From assembly GCA_963711835.1 (NCBI GenBank), contig CAVQFQ010000023.1, positions 1 through 38,364 of the forward strand: DNA of 38,364 nucleotides. The letters run 5' to 3'. This DNA is from an uncultured delta proteobacterium (GTDB lineage: Bacteria > Desulfobacterota > RBG-13-43-22). This document shows positions 9,799 to 17,559 of the stretch, in pieces. Positions within the stretch are counted from its first letter, which is position 1; every line of letters starts with the position of its first letter. The notes under the pieces are model-generated. The model did not search any database and was not told where the DNA came from. It saw nothing but the letters and a program-made list of their open reading frames with translations. The position numbers and the translations under genes are program-made.

Positions 9799-10254
9799 CT
9801 ATGAGCGGTATTTGTTAAGAATCGTTTCAATGCGTTTCGGGGTCATCTTGCCGAAATAGGTTTGATTTACCACCATAACTGGTGATAAGGCGCAGGCCCC
9901 CAGTCAGGCCACCGTTTCCAGGGTGAAAGAGTAATCCGGCGCGGTTTCTCCCTCTTCCAAGTCCAGATCTTTTTGCACCACCCGCAAAACGCCTCGGCCG
10001 CCCCGGACGTGGCAGGCTGTTCCACGACAGACCTTGACCACGGTTTTTCCCCTGGGATGGGTGTAAAACTGGGAATAAAAGGTGACCACCCCCTGGACTT
10101 GACTGGGAGTCACCCCCAAGGCTTCGGCGATTTGAGGCACCACCTCTTCAGGGAGATAACCAAGGCGCTCCTGAACCTGCTGCAGGAGAGGGATTAAGGC
10201 CTCTTTGTTTCTGCCAAAGGTCTGCAAGATGTCCTGGATATCTGGGCTGGTCAT
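9799..10254 (-). CDS. NuoE/HydC-like 2Fe-2S subunit, probable selenoprotein (TGA at 9904-9906)
   Basis: CRGTAC motif, then LETVA-TGA-LGACALSPVMVVNQTYFGKMTPKRIETILNKYRS*. The TGA occupies the first Cys of CLGAC; read-through gives 151 aa. Confidence 0.85.
9867..9888 (-). promoter_or_regulatory. Candidate bacterial SECIS hairpin
   Basis: TTATCACCA-GTTA-TGGTGGTAA: 9-bp stem (one G-U) with a G-first tetraloop beginning about 24 nt after the TGA. Confidence 0.7.
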
Positions 10255-12902
10255 TCGAACGCTCCTATTTTATGGATTTTCACCGGACAGATCTTATGAA
10301 GAGACCCTTTGCTGCTGGGATCCCAAAAGGCCTCCAACAGGCCGGGAATCTTTAACTCGGGATAAGGCAGGGGAAGAAAAACAACCCCGGGCAACACCTG
10401 GTCTTCAATAAGGGCCGATACCTGCAGGCTGCCCCGCCGGGAACAAATTTCGACCGGATCCCCGGACCGTATCTCCAACCGTTGGGCATCGTCCAGAGAG
10501 AGGGTTAGTTTAGGCGGGGGGGTTACGGACTTCAAACGCCGGTCTTTCCAGGTGCGGGTACCGGCCCCCAAATGCAGAACCAGGCTGCCCCAGATAAGCA
10601 GGAAAGGATAATCCGGATCCTGGGCCAATCTTTCTAATTGTATCTTGGGAATGAGAAAAGGAAACGGTTTGCCTGTCGGCTGGAAGGGCGGGAGGAAAAC
10701 AGGTCCCTTGGATAACCGGTCTGGATTGATCTGATTATAACTCGGGACCAGCCCCTGGATTTCCCTGAAGAGTTCAGCCGGGGCATAGGCAGCCTGAGGG
10801 ACCCCGAAGGCCTGGAAAAGGGAATGAAAGATTTCCCCATCGGCTTTGGCTTCTCCCGGGGGAGGAATCGCCTGTTGCAAGGCCTGGACCCGTCGTTCCA
10901 GGCTGGTAAAGGTCCCCTCTTTTTCTGCGAAAGCGGCTGTTGGAAGGACCACCTGGGCCTTTTGGGCCGTTTCGGATAAAAAAAGATCCTGAACGACTAA
11001 AAAGTCCAGACGGTCCAAGGCCCCTTCAACCCAATTTCGATCCGGGTAGGTCCCCAGAGGGTCTTCGCCGGCCAGGTATAATCCCTTCAATTCCCCCTGT
11101 TGGGCCGAGGCCATCATTTCCAGGGCCGACAAACCCGGCCCTGGAGGGACTGGGACACCCCAGGTTTCCTCAAATTTTTTAACGGCCTGAAAGTCGGTCA
11201 GGTTATGATAGCCCGGGAGATAATCCGGCAAGACCCCCATATCCCAGGCCCCCTGGGCATTGCTTTCCTTCAAAATAGGATAAAGGCCGCTCCCGGGTTT
11301 TCCCCATTGCCCGGTGAGGAGCATTAAATTCATTAGGCCCATCACCAGGGCCGTGGCCTGCAATTGCTGGTTCACCCCGGAGCCCAGGACCAGGGCCACC
11401 CCCCTGGCTGAAGCAAACCCTTCAGCAGCCCTACGGACTTCCTGGGAAGACAAACCGATAGTCTTCCTTAAGGATTTCAGGTCCTGTTTTAGGAAGGACT
11501 CCTTCCATTCCAGGAATCCTTCCGTTTGGGAATAAACAAACCCCTGGTTCCAGAGGTTCTCACTAAGCAGATGGGCGATCAGGAGTTGGATCAGGGCCAG
11601 ATCCGAACCCGGCTGAATTTGGAGCCAGAGGTCGGCCCGGGTGGCCAGCTTGGTCTTCCTGGGATCCACAACCGTCAGCTTAGCCCCTTTCTGGGCTACC
11701 GCCCTTTTGACCATATAGCCTAAGACCGGGCTGCTTTCCGTGGGATTGCCCCCCATGACCCAGATCAAATCGGCCTCCAAAAGCCGGTGGAGCGGGGCCA
11801 TGGCCCCGGCCTGCCCCCAGACCTTGGCCATCACAGTCATGATCGGGGCCATTGATAACCGGGATCCGTTGTCCACATGAGGGGTCTTTAGTCCAGCCCG
11901 AGCCAGCTTTTGGAAAAGGTAAAGCTCCTCATTAGTTAAATGAGGACTGGCCAGACAACCGATCCGATCCGATCCCCATTCCTTCTGTATTCGACTGAAC
12001 CCCTCCTTTACCGTGCTTAGGGCCTCTTCCCAGGAGGCCTTCTCCAGGGTTCCGTTCCTCCGAATCAGGGGATAGAGCAGGCGATCCGGACTATGGACAT
12101 AATTAAATCCGAAATGTCCTTTGACACAGAGAACCGGGCCCTTCTCGCCGTCGTTGGCCGGCGTGACTCGTATAATCCGATCGGAGTGGGTTTCCAGGAC
12201 CAGGGAACAGCCGCAGCCGCAGTGCGAACAGACCGTTACCGTCCGGGTTGGGATGGCCCCCTGGTGAAACAACTGGGTTTCGGTCAGGGCCCCGGTGGGA
12301 CAGAGGGAGAGGCAGGTCCCGCAAAAAGTACAGGCCGACTGCTCCAAGGGGACGTTTTGAAAGGTGGCCGGACGGGCCTTAAAGCCCCGGTTAATATAGT
12401 CCAAAACCCCTTCCACCACCAGCTCCTGGTCGCCCCGGATGCATTTCCCGCAGAGGATGCACTTGCTCATATCCCGCTTAAAGAAAGGATTACTATCATA
12501 GGTCGGGAAGTACTGGGGCATGGGATCCAGAAGAATCGCCCCCAATCCCAGTTCAGCGGCCACGCTTCTGAGCTGGCAGCGGTTCCCCTTGTCGCAAACA
12601 ATGCAGGATTCAGGATGACTGGCCAACATGAGCCCAATGACGGCCCGGCGGCTCTCCAGGACCCGAGGGGAATGGGTCTTAAGTATCATCCCGGGAGCAA
12701 TGGTCGTTACGCAGGAGGGCAACAGGACACCCCGGCTCTCTTCTTCCACCAGACAGATCCGGCAGGCCCCGGCCGCCGGAAGATGCGGGTCATGGCAAAG
12801 GGTTGGGATAGGGATTCCCAGATCCTGGGCCAACTCCAGGATAGTCATTCCGGCCTTACCACTTACAGTCTGCTCGTTGATCTGTACGGTTACGCTACTC
12901 AC
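10251..12902 (-). CDS. FdhA/NuoG-like molybdopterin-oxidoreductase-fold Fe-S subunit with degenerate active site
   Basis: 2Fe-2S (GACRIC), HxxxCxxC cluster, CILCGKC and CTFCGTC ferredoxin motifs, CSHCGCGC...CVKG, EKEGTFTSLERR. Catalytic Cys/Sec-His position reads SRLSM. Confidence 0.85.
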   Translation of the reverse strand: MSSVTVQINEQTVSGKAGMTILELAQDLGIPIPTLCHDPHLPAAGACRICLVEEESRGVLLPSCVTTIAPGMILKTHSPRVLESRRAVIGLMLASHPESCIVCDKGNRCQLRSVAAELGLGAILLDPMPQYFPTYDSNPFFKRDMSKCILCGKCIRGDQELVVEGVLDYINRGFKARPATFQNVPLEQSACTFCGTCLSLCPTGALTETQLFHQGAIPTRTVTVCSHCGCGCSLVLETHSDRIIRVTPANDGEKGPVLCVKGHFGFNYVHSPDRLLYPLIRRNGTLEKASWEEALSTVKEGFSRIQKEWGSDRIGCLASPHLTNEELYLFQKLARAGLKTPHVDNGSRLSMAPIMTVMAKVWGQAGAMAPLHRLLEADLIWVMGGNPTESSPVLGYMVKRAVAQKGAKLTVVDPRKTKLATRADLWLQIQPGSDLALIQLLIAHLLSENLWNQGFVYSQTEGFLEWKESFLKQDLKSLRKTIGLSSQEVRRAAEGFASARGVALVLGSGVNQQLQATALVMGLMNLMLLTGQWGKPGSGLYPILKESNAQGAWDMGVLPDYLPGYHNLTDFQAVKKFEETWGVPVPPGPGLSALEMMASAQQGELKGLYLAGEDPLGTYPDRNWVEGALDRLDFLVVQDLFLSETAQKAQVVLPTAAFAEKEGTFTSLERRVQALQQAIPPPGEAKADGEIFHSLFQAFGVPQAAYAPAELFREIQGLVPSYNQINPDRLSKGPVFLPPFQPTGKPFPFLIPKIQLERLAQDPDYPFLLIWGSLVLHLGAGTRTWKDRRLKSVTPPPKLTLSLDDAQRLEIRSGDPVEICSRRGSLQVSALIEDQVLPGVVFLPLPYPELKIPGLLEAFWDPSSKGSLHKICPVKIHKIGAFE

Positions 12903-12916
12903 GGCATTCCCCTTTG

Positions 12917-13315
12917 TTAATCGAGTTTGCGATTCCCGCCGGCCGCCAGCCTTTCCCAGGCGTTTCGGACAGCCAACAGTAATTCTTCGGGACCGAAGGT
13001 CTTAACATGGTAGTAATAAATCGGATTTTGACGGATTCGGGCTTCCAGCTCCGGTGTATTTTCTCTGGCCGTGACAATAATCAGCAAAGAAGGATCCACC
13101 CCTTTTAGGATGGATATGGCTTCATAGGCCTTCATTTCCGGCATCTCCGCCGCCATGATCAAGATTTCGACTTTTTCCTGTTGGACGATCTGGATAGCCT
13201 GGATGCTTCTGGCGGCGGTAAAAATCTGGAATCCTTCTTCTCCCAGGGTCCTTGACCAATGGGAAAGGAATTGGGCATCCGGATCAGCGATCAAAATTGT
13301 CCCTGGTTTTTCCAT
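12917..13315 (-). CDS. Receiver-domain protein lacking the phospho-acceptor Asp
   Basis: ILIADPD...EILIMAAEMPEM...IIVTA...YHVKTF; receiver fold. Start at ATG 13315. Confidence 0.75.
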   Translation of the reverse strand: MEKPGTILIADPDAQFLSHWSRTLGEEGFQIFTAARSIQAIQIVQQEKVEILIMAAEMPEMKAYEAISILKGVDPSLLIIVTARENTPELEARIRQNPIYYYHVKTFGPEELLLAVRNAWERLAAGGNRKLD

Positions 13316-13331
13316 GGCAGCCTTCAATAAG

Positions 13332-13348
13332 AGCAAAGGGCATACCAG
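13332..13348 (-). promoter_or_regulatory. Sigma-54 (-24/-12) promoter
   Basis: CTGGTATGCCCTTTGCT with exact GG-N10-GC spacing, immediately downstream of an NtrC-family gene and facing the redox operon. Confidence 0.65.
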
Positions 13349-13461
13349 GAGGCGCCTCATCCTTAATGGGTTAATTTTACTGTTGATCAGGTAAATGGAG
13401 GGAAAGGCTGGGAGGATACGGCTGTTACAAAATGCCTCAGGTGTGTAGTTTCACCTCACCT

Positions 13462-14832
13462 TTACAAGCGGTATTTTTTGATCTTTTCCAGGAGGGTCTT
13501 GCGATTGATGCCCAGCAGTTCAGCGGCCTGGGAACGATTGCCCTGGGTCTTTTTTAAAACCTGTCCGATGTACTCTTTTTCCAACTCCTGCAGGGTGGCC
13601 ACCTTTTCCTCGGATAGGGGAAGGTCTTGATGCTTCCGTTGGATAAACCAGGGGATGTCCTCCGGCCTGAGGATCGGCCCATCCTCCAATATGACGATGC
13701 GCTCGATTAAATGCTTCAGCTCCCGGACGTTGCCCGGCCAGTCATATTCCATCAGCAGTTCCAGGGCCTCCGGGGAAATCCCCTGGATCGTTTTTTTATT
13801 TTTTTTGCTGAATTGGCGGAGAAAATAATCGACCAGCAGGGGGATGTCTTCCCTTCTTTCCTTAAGGGACGGCAAGTGGATGGGAACCACGCTCAGGCGG
13901 TAGAAGAGATCCTCACGGAAGAGTCCCTGCCGGATGGCCTGGCGAAGATCCTGGTTGGTGGAGGCGATGATGCGGATATCGACCTTGATTTTCTTCTCAC
14001 TGCCGACCTTGATGAATTCCCTCTCCTGGATAACCCGCAATAATTTGGCCTGGATGTTCAAGCTGAGGTTGGAGATTTCGTCAAAGAAAAAGGTCCCTCC
14101 GTTGGCCAGTTCCAAAAAGCCGTGTTTGGTCTGAATGGCCCCGGTGAAGGAACCCTTGACATGGCCGAAGAGCTCGCTCTCCATCAAGGTCTCCACCAGA
14201 GCCGAGCAGTCTACAGCCACGAACTCTTTGTCCCCCCGGAGGCTGTGTTGCTGGATGGCCCGGGCCACCAGTTCCTTGCCGGTGCCGCTGAAACCATAAA
14301 TCAGGACCGTGCTGTCGGTGGGGGCCACTTTCTCAATGGTCTGAAAGATCTTTTGCATGGCCCGGCTCTTGCCGATCAGCGGGTCGAGACCGCCTTTCAG
14401 TTCCATCTGCTTTCTCAAGAGATGGTTCTCCCAGAGGAGCTGCCTGTGTTCCAGGGCTTTGCGGATGGCCAGCTTCAACTGGTCCGGGCTGAACGGCTTG
14501 GTCAGGTAATCAAAGGCCCCCTGCTTAATGGATTGAACGGCTGTTCCAATTTCAGGGTAGCCGGTAATCATGATGATTTCAAGCGCACCGCGGACTTCCG
14601 ATTCGGTAATAGTTCTCAAAACCTCCAGGCCGTCCATATCCGGCATCTTGATATCCAGAAGCACCAGGCTGTAGGCGTTCTGGGCTACTTCTTCCAGGGC
14701 CTCCCGGCCGGTGGCCACGGCCTTGACCAGAAAGCCTTCTTTGATCAAGACCCGACTGATGCCTTCCCGGATGACCGCCTCATCATCCACCACCAGGATT
14801 CGGATATCGGGACTCTTCCTAAGCTCCTGCAT
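13462..14832 (-). CDS. NtrC-family sigma-54-dependent response regulator
   Basis: Receiver, GFSGTGKEL, ESELFGHVKGSFTGA, FFDEI, FREDLFYRL, WPGNVREL, Fis-type HTH. Confidence 0.95.
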   Translation of the reverse strand: MQELRKSPDIRILVVDDEAVIREGISRVLIKEGFLVKAVATGREALEEVAQNAYSLVLLDIKMPDMDGLEVLRTITESEVRGALEIIMITGYPEIGTAVQSIKQGAFDYLTKPFSPDQLKLAIRKALEHRQLLWENHLLRKQMELKGGLDPLIGKSRAMQKIFQTIEKVAPTDSTVLIYGFSGTGKELVARAIQQHSLRGDKEFVAVDCSALVETLMESELFGHVKGSFTGAIQTKHGFLELANGGTFFFDEISNLSLNIQAKLLRVIQEREFIKVGSEKKIKVDIRIIASTNQDLRQAIRQGLFREDLFYRLSVVPIHLPSLKERREDIPLLVDYFLRQFSKKNKKTIQGISPEALELLMEYDWPGNVRELKHLIERIVILEDGPILRPEDIPWFIQRKHQDLPLSEEKVATLQELEKEYIGQVLKKTQGNRSQAAELLGINRKTLLEKIKKYRL

Positions 14833-14838
14833 GCGGAC

Positions 14839-15321
14839 TTATTCCATTCCCGGCACTTCGAAAGCCTGCTCAATGGCCTTAACCGCTGTGGATAAATCGG
14901 AGGCCCTGATGACGCAGGAACAAGTGGAGATTGAGGTACTGATGGCCATGATATTGATGTTGCGCAAATTCAGGGCCGCGAAAAAAGAGCCGGCAATCCC
15001 GGGACGCTCCCGGAAATGGGGGCCGAAGATCGAAACCACCGCAATATCCGGATTGGATGTGAGATTTAAAAATTGGATTTGGGGTTTCAGTTCATTTAAA
15101 ACCGCCAGGGCCTCATCGGCGGCCGAACGGGAGATACAGAGGATGACCTGGCTTTCTCCGCGCTGGCTCAAGCAGTGCATGATGAACTCCACGTTGAGGC
15201 CCCGACGACCCAGGGATTGAAAAATCAAACCGGCGACACCCGGCCGGTCGGGGATGTTTTCAATACTGACCAGGCTTAAATCGGTGTGCTCGATGATTCC
15301 ACCCAGTTTGATCTTTTTCAT
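14839..15321 (-). CDS. Stand-alone tandem ACT-domain protein (aspartokinase regulatory domain-like)
   Basis: IPDRPGVAGLIF...NVEFI; VSIFG...ERPGIAGSFFAAL...INIMAISTS. Confidence 0.85.
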   Translation of the reverse strand: MKKIKLGGIIEHTDLSLVSIENIPDRPGVAGLIFQSLGRRGLNVEFIMHCLSQRGESQVILCISRSAADEALAVLNELKPQIQFLNLTSNPDIAVVSIFGPHFRERPGIAGSFFAALNLRNINIMAISTSISTCSCVIRASDLSTAVKAIEQAFEVPGME

Positions 15322-15546
15322 TTTTTTCCTTTTGGCGCTTGTTCCAGCCGCTATCCGCTACCAGCTCAACACTCTGAACTCTTAATATCGTTCAAAGGTT
15401 TTGGCACTGGTGTAGCATGGCCTGACTTGGGGACCGGGATCAGGCTGCCGGCGTTTTGGCGGACAATCCTTCAAATCGAGACCCCCGGTCCCTTTCCATC
15501 GGGTATCAGAAACATAATACCACAACCTTTGGACGATACCGAACTC

Positions 15547-15993
15547 TTAGATTTGCCCCATCAGGAGCCGGCGGGTGCGCTGCAGGCGTTTGGCAATGAT
15601 GATGCACAAATTCCGCATCACTTTAAAGCCCAGCGCCGGATGTTGCGTTAGGACTTGGTTGAACGCTTTTCGCTCGAACGATAAGACCCGGGTTTTTTCC
15701 AGGCAGATGGCCGTGGCGCTAAGCTGATACGGTTCAACCAGGGCTGACCAGCCGAAGGGGCTGCCTTTTTTTTTAATTATTTCAAAGGTGACCTCCAGAC
15801 CTTCGGACAGGGCTGTTTTCACGGCCACTACCCCTCGATCCAGCAGATAGACCCTTTCGCCCAGGGTATCCTGATAAAAGATGATCGACCCGGTAGGAAA
15901 GGTTTCGGCCTCGGCCAGTGGAGTTAAGAGTTCCAGATCGTGGGAGGATATCTTGTTAAACAATTCACTCTGTTTGACTGGGCTAAGAACCAT
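15547..15993 (-). CDS. Cyclic-nucleotide-binding-domain protein without HTH
   Basis: IFYQD...VYLLDRGVV, FGWSALV, SATAIC. Confidence 0.85.
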   Translation of the reverse strand: MVLSPVKQSELFNKISSHDLELLTPLAEAETFPTGSIIFYQDTLGERVYLLDRGVVAVKTALSEGLEVTFEIIKKKGSPFGWSALVEPYQLSATAICLEKTRVLSFERKAFNQVLTQHPALGFKVMRNLCIIIAKRLQRTRRLLMGQI

Positions 15994-17485
15994 GGCTATC
16001 CCTTTCTGTTGGAATGGATGGAATCAGGACCTTAAAGCAGGTGCCCCGGTCCGGATGACTTTCCACCTGAATGTACCCCAAATGGGCCTCGACCAGACGC
16101 TTGACAATAGGCAATCCCAAACCGGTTCCGATGATCTGCCGGGTTTTCTCATTTTTTACCCGGAAAAAGCGATCAAAGATCCTCGGAAGATCCTGGGGGG
16201 ATATGCCTATGCCGGTGTCTGAAACCTGGATGAGGAGGTATTCCGCTTCAGGGCTTAGGGAAACCTGAATAGACCCTCCTTCCGGCGTATATTTGACGGC
16301 GTTATGAACCAGGTTGGTCAAAATTTCCTCCATGGCCTGGGGATCGGCATGGACCAAGGGTAGGGGCGAACCGGCTTTTAGGGACAGCTTCTGATTTCTG
16401 GCCTCTGCCTGCGGTTTGAACAGGTCAAGGGTCCTTTCAACCAGGGGCAGAAGCTGGAGCGGCTCTTTTTGTTGAAACTGAATCCCGGCCTCGATCTGGG
16501 AAATATCCAAAAGATTGCGGATGAGTTCCAGGAGACCGGACACCCTCTCCTTGGATCGACCCAGGAGTTCTTTCTGCTTGGGGCTGACTTCCCCGGCCAG
16601 TCCCTCCAGGATAACCGAGATCTGCTGCGAAATAGCGGACAAAGGGGCCCTGAGCTCATGGGAAACCATGGCCACAAACTCGCTTTTCATCTGATCCAGG
16701 GCCTTCAGGTAGCTGATATCCTGGAGCACGGTCACCGACCCCAGCATCTCTTCGGAATCTCCCCGGACCGCGGCGGTATGGGCCCGCAAATAAACCGGAT
16801 CGTTTTGTCCTAAAGAAAATTCCTGGGAAATCACCGAAGGGCTTTCTCCCTGAGTTAAGACCTGGCCGATGGCCTCGGAAAGGAGTTTTAATTCAGAAGA
16901 GTCGGGCAAGGGCTTACCCAGGAGATCCAGGGGCGGCAACCTGAGTAAATGGATCGAAGCCGGATTATGGAGGACGATGTTTTGGTCCCGGTCGGTTACC
17001 AGCACCCCGCTGGCCATGCAGTGAATGATGGTCTGAATCCGTCCTTTCTCCGTGGCGATGTCTTTAAGGCTTTTTGCCTGTTCTTGGCGCAACCGCTCGG
17101 CTTCGATCTGGAGGGCCCTTTTCTCTAAGGCTCGACGGACAACCAAACGGAGCTGATCCGGTGTGAAGGGCTTGGTAATAATGTCATAGGCCCCGCGCTT
17201 CATGGCCTCCACAGCCAGTTCCACGGTGGCATGTCCGGTGATGATGAGTACGATTTGATCGGGGGAAAGAGCCTGAACCTTTTCCAGAACATCCATGCCG
17301 TTCATGACGGGCATCATGATGTCCAGCAGGACCAGATCAAACGGTTTTTTCTGTAAGAGTTCCCAGGCCTGGGCCCCATTTTCTACCAAGGTGATTTGAT
17401 ATTTTTCCCTGGAAAGGATGCGCTGGATCCCGTCTCGAATTACTTTTTCGTCATCAGCCAAAAGTAAGGAATAGTCTGAACCCAT
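15983..17485 (-). CDS. Hybrid receiver-PAS-histidine kinase
   Basis: LLADDE/LLDIMMP receiver, PAS, SHELRAPL, NLVHNAVKY, DTGIG, GTGLGL. Confidence 0.93.
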   Translation of the reverse strand: MGSDYSLLLADDEKVIRDGIQRILSREKYQITLVENGAQAWELLQKKPFDLVLLDIMMPVMNGMDVLEKVQALSPDQIVLIITGHATVELAVEAMKRGAYDIITKPFTPDQLRLVVRRALEKRALQIEAERLRQEQAKSLKDIATEKGRIQTIIHCMASGVLVTDRDQNIVLHNPASIHLLRLPPLDLLGKPLPDSSELKLLSEAIGQVLTQGESPSVISQEFSLGQNDPVYLRAHTAAVRGDSEEMLGSVTVLQDISYLKALDQMKSEFVAMVSHELRAPLSAISQQISVILEGLAGEVSPKQKELLGRSKERVSGLLELIRNLLDISQIEAGIQFQQKEPLQLLPLVERTLDLFKPQAEARNQKLSLKAGSPLPLVHADPQAMEEILTNLVHNAVKYTPEGGSIQVSLSPEAEYLLIQVSDTGIGISPQDLPRIFDRFFRVKNEKTRQIIGTGLGLPIVKRLVEAHLGYIQVESHPDRGTCFKVLIPSIPTERDSHGS

Positions 17486-17559
17486 TTATGAAAAAACCTC
17501 TTTTTATTCCATTGATCTCATTTTTTTAGGACCAGCGGTTATGGGCTTTGGCGGATAAA

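Noticed and set aside
9904-9906. TGA as a true stop giving a 116-aa NuoE
   Set aside because: It would delete two of four cluster ligands; a conserved downstream frame and a SECIS-like hairpin favour recoding.
15430-15492. tRNA-like element (contains TTCAAATC)
   Set aside because: No pairing T-stem or anticodon arm; I also could not match it to a riboswitch I know.
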